Assembly: GCF_020745735.1 (NCBI RefSeq)
Contig: NC_083409.1
Span: 19,984,341-20,048,340, forward strand
Source of the DNA: Hemiscyllium ocellatum
Taxonomy: Eukaryota
Direction of reading: 5' to 3'
DNA length: 64,000 nucleotides
In this document: positions 62,403-64,000 of the stretch, one piece after another
How positions within the stretch are numbered: position 1 is the first letter of the stretch
How the letters are laid out: each line of letters starts with the position of its first letter
Notes under the pieces: generated by a model
Database searches by the model: none
Told to the model about the DNA's origin: nothing
What the model saw: the letters and a program-made list of their open reading frames with translations, nothing else
Made by a program: the position numbers and the translations under genes

Positions 62403-62940
62403 CAGGGGTGGGGAACCTGCGGCCTTCCAGGCCATTGTGTGTGGCCTTTTGAATGAATCCAAATTTTGCAGAACAAATCTTTTATTTTTTTATTAATTTT
62501 TTTTCATCCTTTATTGTTTTATTTTAATCTTAACATGAATGTATTTAAAATACCAGAGAGTAAAAGAAAATTCAGCAAAATAATCCTCACAGATTGACCG
62601 CCACAATAAAAAAATTGGTAAGTCATAAGGGCTATTTCGACACCTGCTATGCTCATGATTTAGTTATAATGCGTTTGTAGATTGTACGTTATCTTCCCTG
62701 CCTGACTGGAGCCACTTCTGCCTGAGGCTGGTTGGCGAGAGCCTGTGTGTATCCAGTACACCAGTGTTTATCAACTGATGACAACAGTGCACGTGGCTTT
62801 CCATTTGAAGTGAAATTTGAGAATAGTTACACAGTTTAACAGTATCACCATTTATACAATTGAAGTCTCCTGGATGAGACCTTATTACATTACAACTAAC
62901 ATTATGTGGCCTTCCAACATAAAAAGGTTCCCCACCTCTG
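62403..62940. mobile_element. Non-autonomous hAT DNA transposon (Charlie-like MITE)
   Basis: 16-bp TIRs CAGGGGTGGGGAACCT / AGGTTCCCCACCTCTG and a perfect 8-bp TSD AAACAGAC (62395-402, 62941-48). Confidence 0.93.
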
Positions 62941-62999
62941 AAACAGACCATTCAACCCAAGTTCACTTCACCTTTCAGTAAGCTTATGGGTTATCTGAT

Positions 63000-63540
63000 A
63001 ATCTGCAACTCCACTTTCCTGCCTGTTCACATAACCTTCTATTTTCTTACTGGACAAAAATTAATTTTAGCTTTGAATATGTTTAGCTTCCCAGCCCTGA
63101 CAATCTTGTGGTAAAGAATTCCACAGATTCACTATCCTGAGAAGGAACTCCTCCTAACTGGTTTCAAATGAGCGACCCCTTACTCTGAGTTTATGCCCTC
63201 TGGCCCTAGACTTTATCACAAAGGTGAAATACTCTCTCAGCATCTACCCTGTCAAGTCTTCTAAGAATTCCTTATGTGTCAATCAGGTTCCCTCTCATTC
63301 TTTTAAACTCCAATCAATACGAGTCTAACTTATTCAACCTGTCATAAGAAAATCCCTCCATACACAGAATTAACAGTGAACTTTCTCTGGATTATCTCAA
63401 ATACCAGTATATTTTTCCTCAGATAAGGGGATCAAACTCTTCATGGTATAATTTTAGCAAGACCTCTCTATTTTTACACACTGCTCCCTTTGAAATAAAG
63501 ACCAACAGCACTTTGCCTTCACTATTACCTGCTGAGCTCA
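63000..63540 (-). mobile_element. Old CR1 3' fragment
   Basis: Reverse complement of the CR1 ORF2 end (GGTAAAGAATTCCACAGATTCACTATCC...TATGCCCTCTGGCCCTAGAC). Confidence 0.7.
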
Positions 63541-64000
63541 GCCTCTCAATTTACATGAATTAATTTTGAGTGAATCAGCCACCAGAAGAATAATTCCATC
63601 TGAATAACAGTAGAAATAGGTTAGCAAATGCAAAGACCATGAACTCATCACAAAGCAGGCACCAGAACAGCATCAAACATGAAGCACCTTTCCATCGTAG
63701 ATCTGTATGTTTCCTTCTTGTTGGGAAACAAATAATTTGGCTTTTTTATTGAAGTGGGGGGTGGAAATCTAGCAAATCAGATATTGCTGACGGAATCACG
63801 GATGACCTATGTAGAAAGGGATCTGAACCACTGTAAGTCAGAATAGGTGAGAACATCAGGTTTCCATCCTTTAAAGACATGATTAAACTATTTGTTGCAA
63901 CAATGCATATGCCTGCACAATCATGTGTTTGGAGGAGCTCATAGATACTTTAAATGCAATGGTGCAAACCTCGGGCTGCTAGTCTAGAAAACAAAGTAAC

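Noticed and set aside
1-64000. CRISPR array, rRNA or other prokaryotic systems
   Set aside because: No repeat-spacer arrays, rRNA signatures or operon-like gene density; the sequence is vertebrate genomic DNA.

Overview
Repeat-dense vertebrate DNA, almost certainly from a shark (HE1-type V-SINEs, abundant CR1 and Penelope elements, a shark-type Ig light-chain exon). The only clearly intact host coding sequence is an immunoglobulin kappa (NS4/type III-like) constant exon at 54522-54850 (-); I found no J or V segment or RSS in the 9 kb upstream. Three decayed, intron-separated exons of a CEP350-like gene lie at about 19.1-22.75 kb (-), with in-frame stops and frameshifts. The first of these is cut by a degenerate class I (gamma/epsilon-like) endogenous retrovirus at 22760-29610 (+). 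That provirus has a tRNA-Ser PBS, integrase, env and a PPT but no gag/pro/RT. Its env appears to start with a signal peptide followed by a calcium-binding-EGF-like domain, which is the most unusual observation here. The rest is nested CR1/L2/Tx1 LINEs, Penelope-like elements and short derivatives carrying minimal hammerhead-ribozyme motifs (several are fold-back palindromes with long TSDs), Tigger-like and hAT MITEs, an AGCT-containing C/G-skewed minisatellite, a CpG-island promoter-like block, a strong CTCF motif and several local inverted duplications. Protein identifications rest on recalled motifs, not database searches, and most repeat boundaries are approximate.
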